DNA of 64,000 nucleotides from Camelus ferus. Taxonomy: Eukaryota. The position numbers and the translations under genes are program-made. The DNA lies in the NCBI RefSeq assembly GCF_009834535.1, contig NC_045697.1, forward strand, positions 50,966,001 through 51,030,000, written 5' to 3'. The notes under the pieces were generated by a model. The model was not told where the DNA came from. It was given only the letters and a program-made list of their open reading frames with translations, and made no database searches. Below, piece after piece: positions 62,081 through 64,000 of the stretch; within the stretch, counting starts at the first letter, position 1; each line of letters starts with the position of its first letter.

Positions 62081-64000
62081 ATTACTTTTGCTTTTTAAAA
62101 AACCTATGAAGGGAAAATCATCCACAATCCAAGGACAGGGAAAACTAGATCAAATTCTGGAACTGAACTTATTCATTAGTGATTGGACAAGACTTAGAAA
62201 AGTAGGTCTAAGCTCTGCAGAAACAAACCAAAAAACCTTCTCCACTCTCATCAAGGTGTCTCAAACCTTACTCTTGAAAGTTCAGCCAATAGATTTGTTT
62301 CAGCAGTTTCTAAAGCCCAACTTGCAGAAAAAGAAAAGCAGAATTGATTATCAAGATACACCTGCCACCCAAGATAGGGCAAAATTCTTGGTCAATATGA
62401 AATTTTACTGGAGCCATTCAATACCTCTGCTCTCTGTTGAGTATGCTGTTAAACTAAGGGCTCATTTTTGTGCTACAGTAACTTAGTTCCCTTAGAGGAT
62501 ATTTGGTATTGAACCAAACTAATTTCCAAAGGCAAAGTTTAACTTAGTATATGGAAAAGCTTTCTAATAATTAAAGTCACTTAAAAAATAGAATGTCCCA
62601 GTTGTAAGGTAACACAGCATCTCACTAAGGTTGGAAGTTTGATACTACAGTTATATAAATAATAAAATCTTACAATAATCAAAACTGTTATTAAAAATTC
62701 CTTAGATAATTCAAAGGTACAGTAATTAAGGTTTTGTGTATCTGTGTGCTATGCTGTCTTTTGATAGGTCCCAAATATCTGACTTTTCCTCCAGCTTTGA
62801 TATGTTATTGTTTCCTTGGTTGAGAATTAAATAAAATTGTTGGCATATAATTATACGGCAAGTAGATAGAAAATTACTTTTCTCCTGAATATTTATAGCT
62901 GTATGCACATAAGTTAAAGTAGCATACAAAACAACTCTTTATTACTGACTAAATAGTAAGTATTCAAGAAGAGATTAGATTCATTGCCTGAGTATTGGTT
63001 AGATTTTTAATCTCTGAATGTTCTACCCAAATCTGATTTTATAATTCTCACCTAGAGTGAATAGCACTACAGTACAGAGGTAGCCAAGCTCATATTTCAG
63101 TTTCTCATTTGGTTGCTCCTAACGTCAGACAAGTTGGAACTTGCCCAATCCCCTGTCCCTTAGTCCTTTCTCCCTGAGTGACTGAGGCCGTTTAATTCCT
63201 TTTGGAAGGCTCAGGAATCTCTGGGGCAATTCTGGCCCAGTGTGGGCAAATTAAAGGTGCTTATGTTATTCAGCATCAAGTCATCCTGTCTGCTCATTAA
63301 TTTCTGGTCAAGAGTTTCATGTCTAAAATCTGAAATCAAATCACCACCATGCCTCTTGCACTAGATTCGGCAATCAGATCTTTCCCATATTCCCCGTGTC
63401 CGAGCCTGTCTTGTAAGACAGCCAGAGCTGCCTTCCTTGAGAGCTGAAGCCTACACTTCTCTTGGCATTTCTACCTCTCTTGGTATTGGTTTCCTGCCTC
63501 TAAGCCCCAGTCACTTGTTCACACTCCACTCTCAAAAAACAGACCTCTATGCTAACTAGCAAACCAAAATATGAGCTCGTCTTCCCATTGGCTATAATGC
63601 TCTCCACTCCAGGTGGGAATTATACAATCAGAGTTCTTGAGCAAAAAACTCATCTCTGTCCAGTCTACAATTATTACTTATTTCCAGGTTCCCAATGATG
63701 GGCTCTATCTCCATGGCTATCAGGTATTTCTCCTGCTATCCCTTGGTGAACCCCCCAAATACCAGCCTCTTGCTTGAGCTACTACCTGCTCTGTGTTCCC
63801 AATACTCTATTTACTGTGCTTTGCCTACTTGACTGTGTTTTTCAACATCATTTGCTACTGGTCTGACCAATTTAACCCTTAGAGAGATGGGTTCTTTACA
63901 GATCCTAGGCATTTTTAATGTTTCATGGCACGGACAGTTTCACATCCTCTAGGGTTCACCGAGACCATATTGTCATTCTATTGTCAGAGAAAAAATATAT

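Noticed and set aside
59185..64000. Search for ARG exon 4, including a 49-nt AG/GT segment at 62272-62320 and ORF 62088-62486
   Set aside because: No 212-nt exon with the albumin Cys pattern; the 49-nt segment would frameshift; the ORF has no recognisable homology

Overview
Mammalian genomic DNA, most likely camelid (vic-1-type tRNA-derived SINE at 21214; cetartiodactyl-type L1 3' ends), from the distal end of the albumin gene cluster. Two spliced genes face each other tail-to-tail. (1) RASSF6 on the + strand: nine coding exons, 8211-24205, 315 codons plus stop, ending in the PDZ-binding motif ETTV; the first coding exon was not found in the window. (2) An albumin-superfamily gene on the - strand: exons 5-14, 59184-30513, 449 codons plus stop. 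It has an intact frame, GT-AG splice sites and all 27 expected albumin cysteines. Its sequence and position next to RASSF6 identify it as the alpha-fetoprotein-related gene (ARG / mouse Albfm1), a known but poorly characterised family member that is a pseudogene in primates. The predicted protein has four extra cysteines (two placed where they could form a new domain IIIB disulfide), keeps the AFP glycan site and lacks two FcRn-binding histidines. Intron 5 holds a candidate in-frame Cys-rich cassette exon. The rest is intronic/intergenic sequence with L1, L2, MIR, MLT1/ERV LTRs, MER DNA transposons and microsatellites; repeat names are from recognition and boundaries are approximate. Most ORFs in the supplied track are spurious. 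No wholly new system can be demonstrated from sequence alone.
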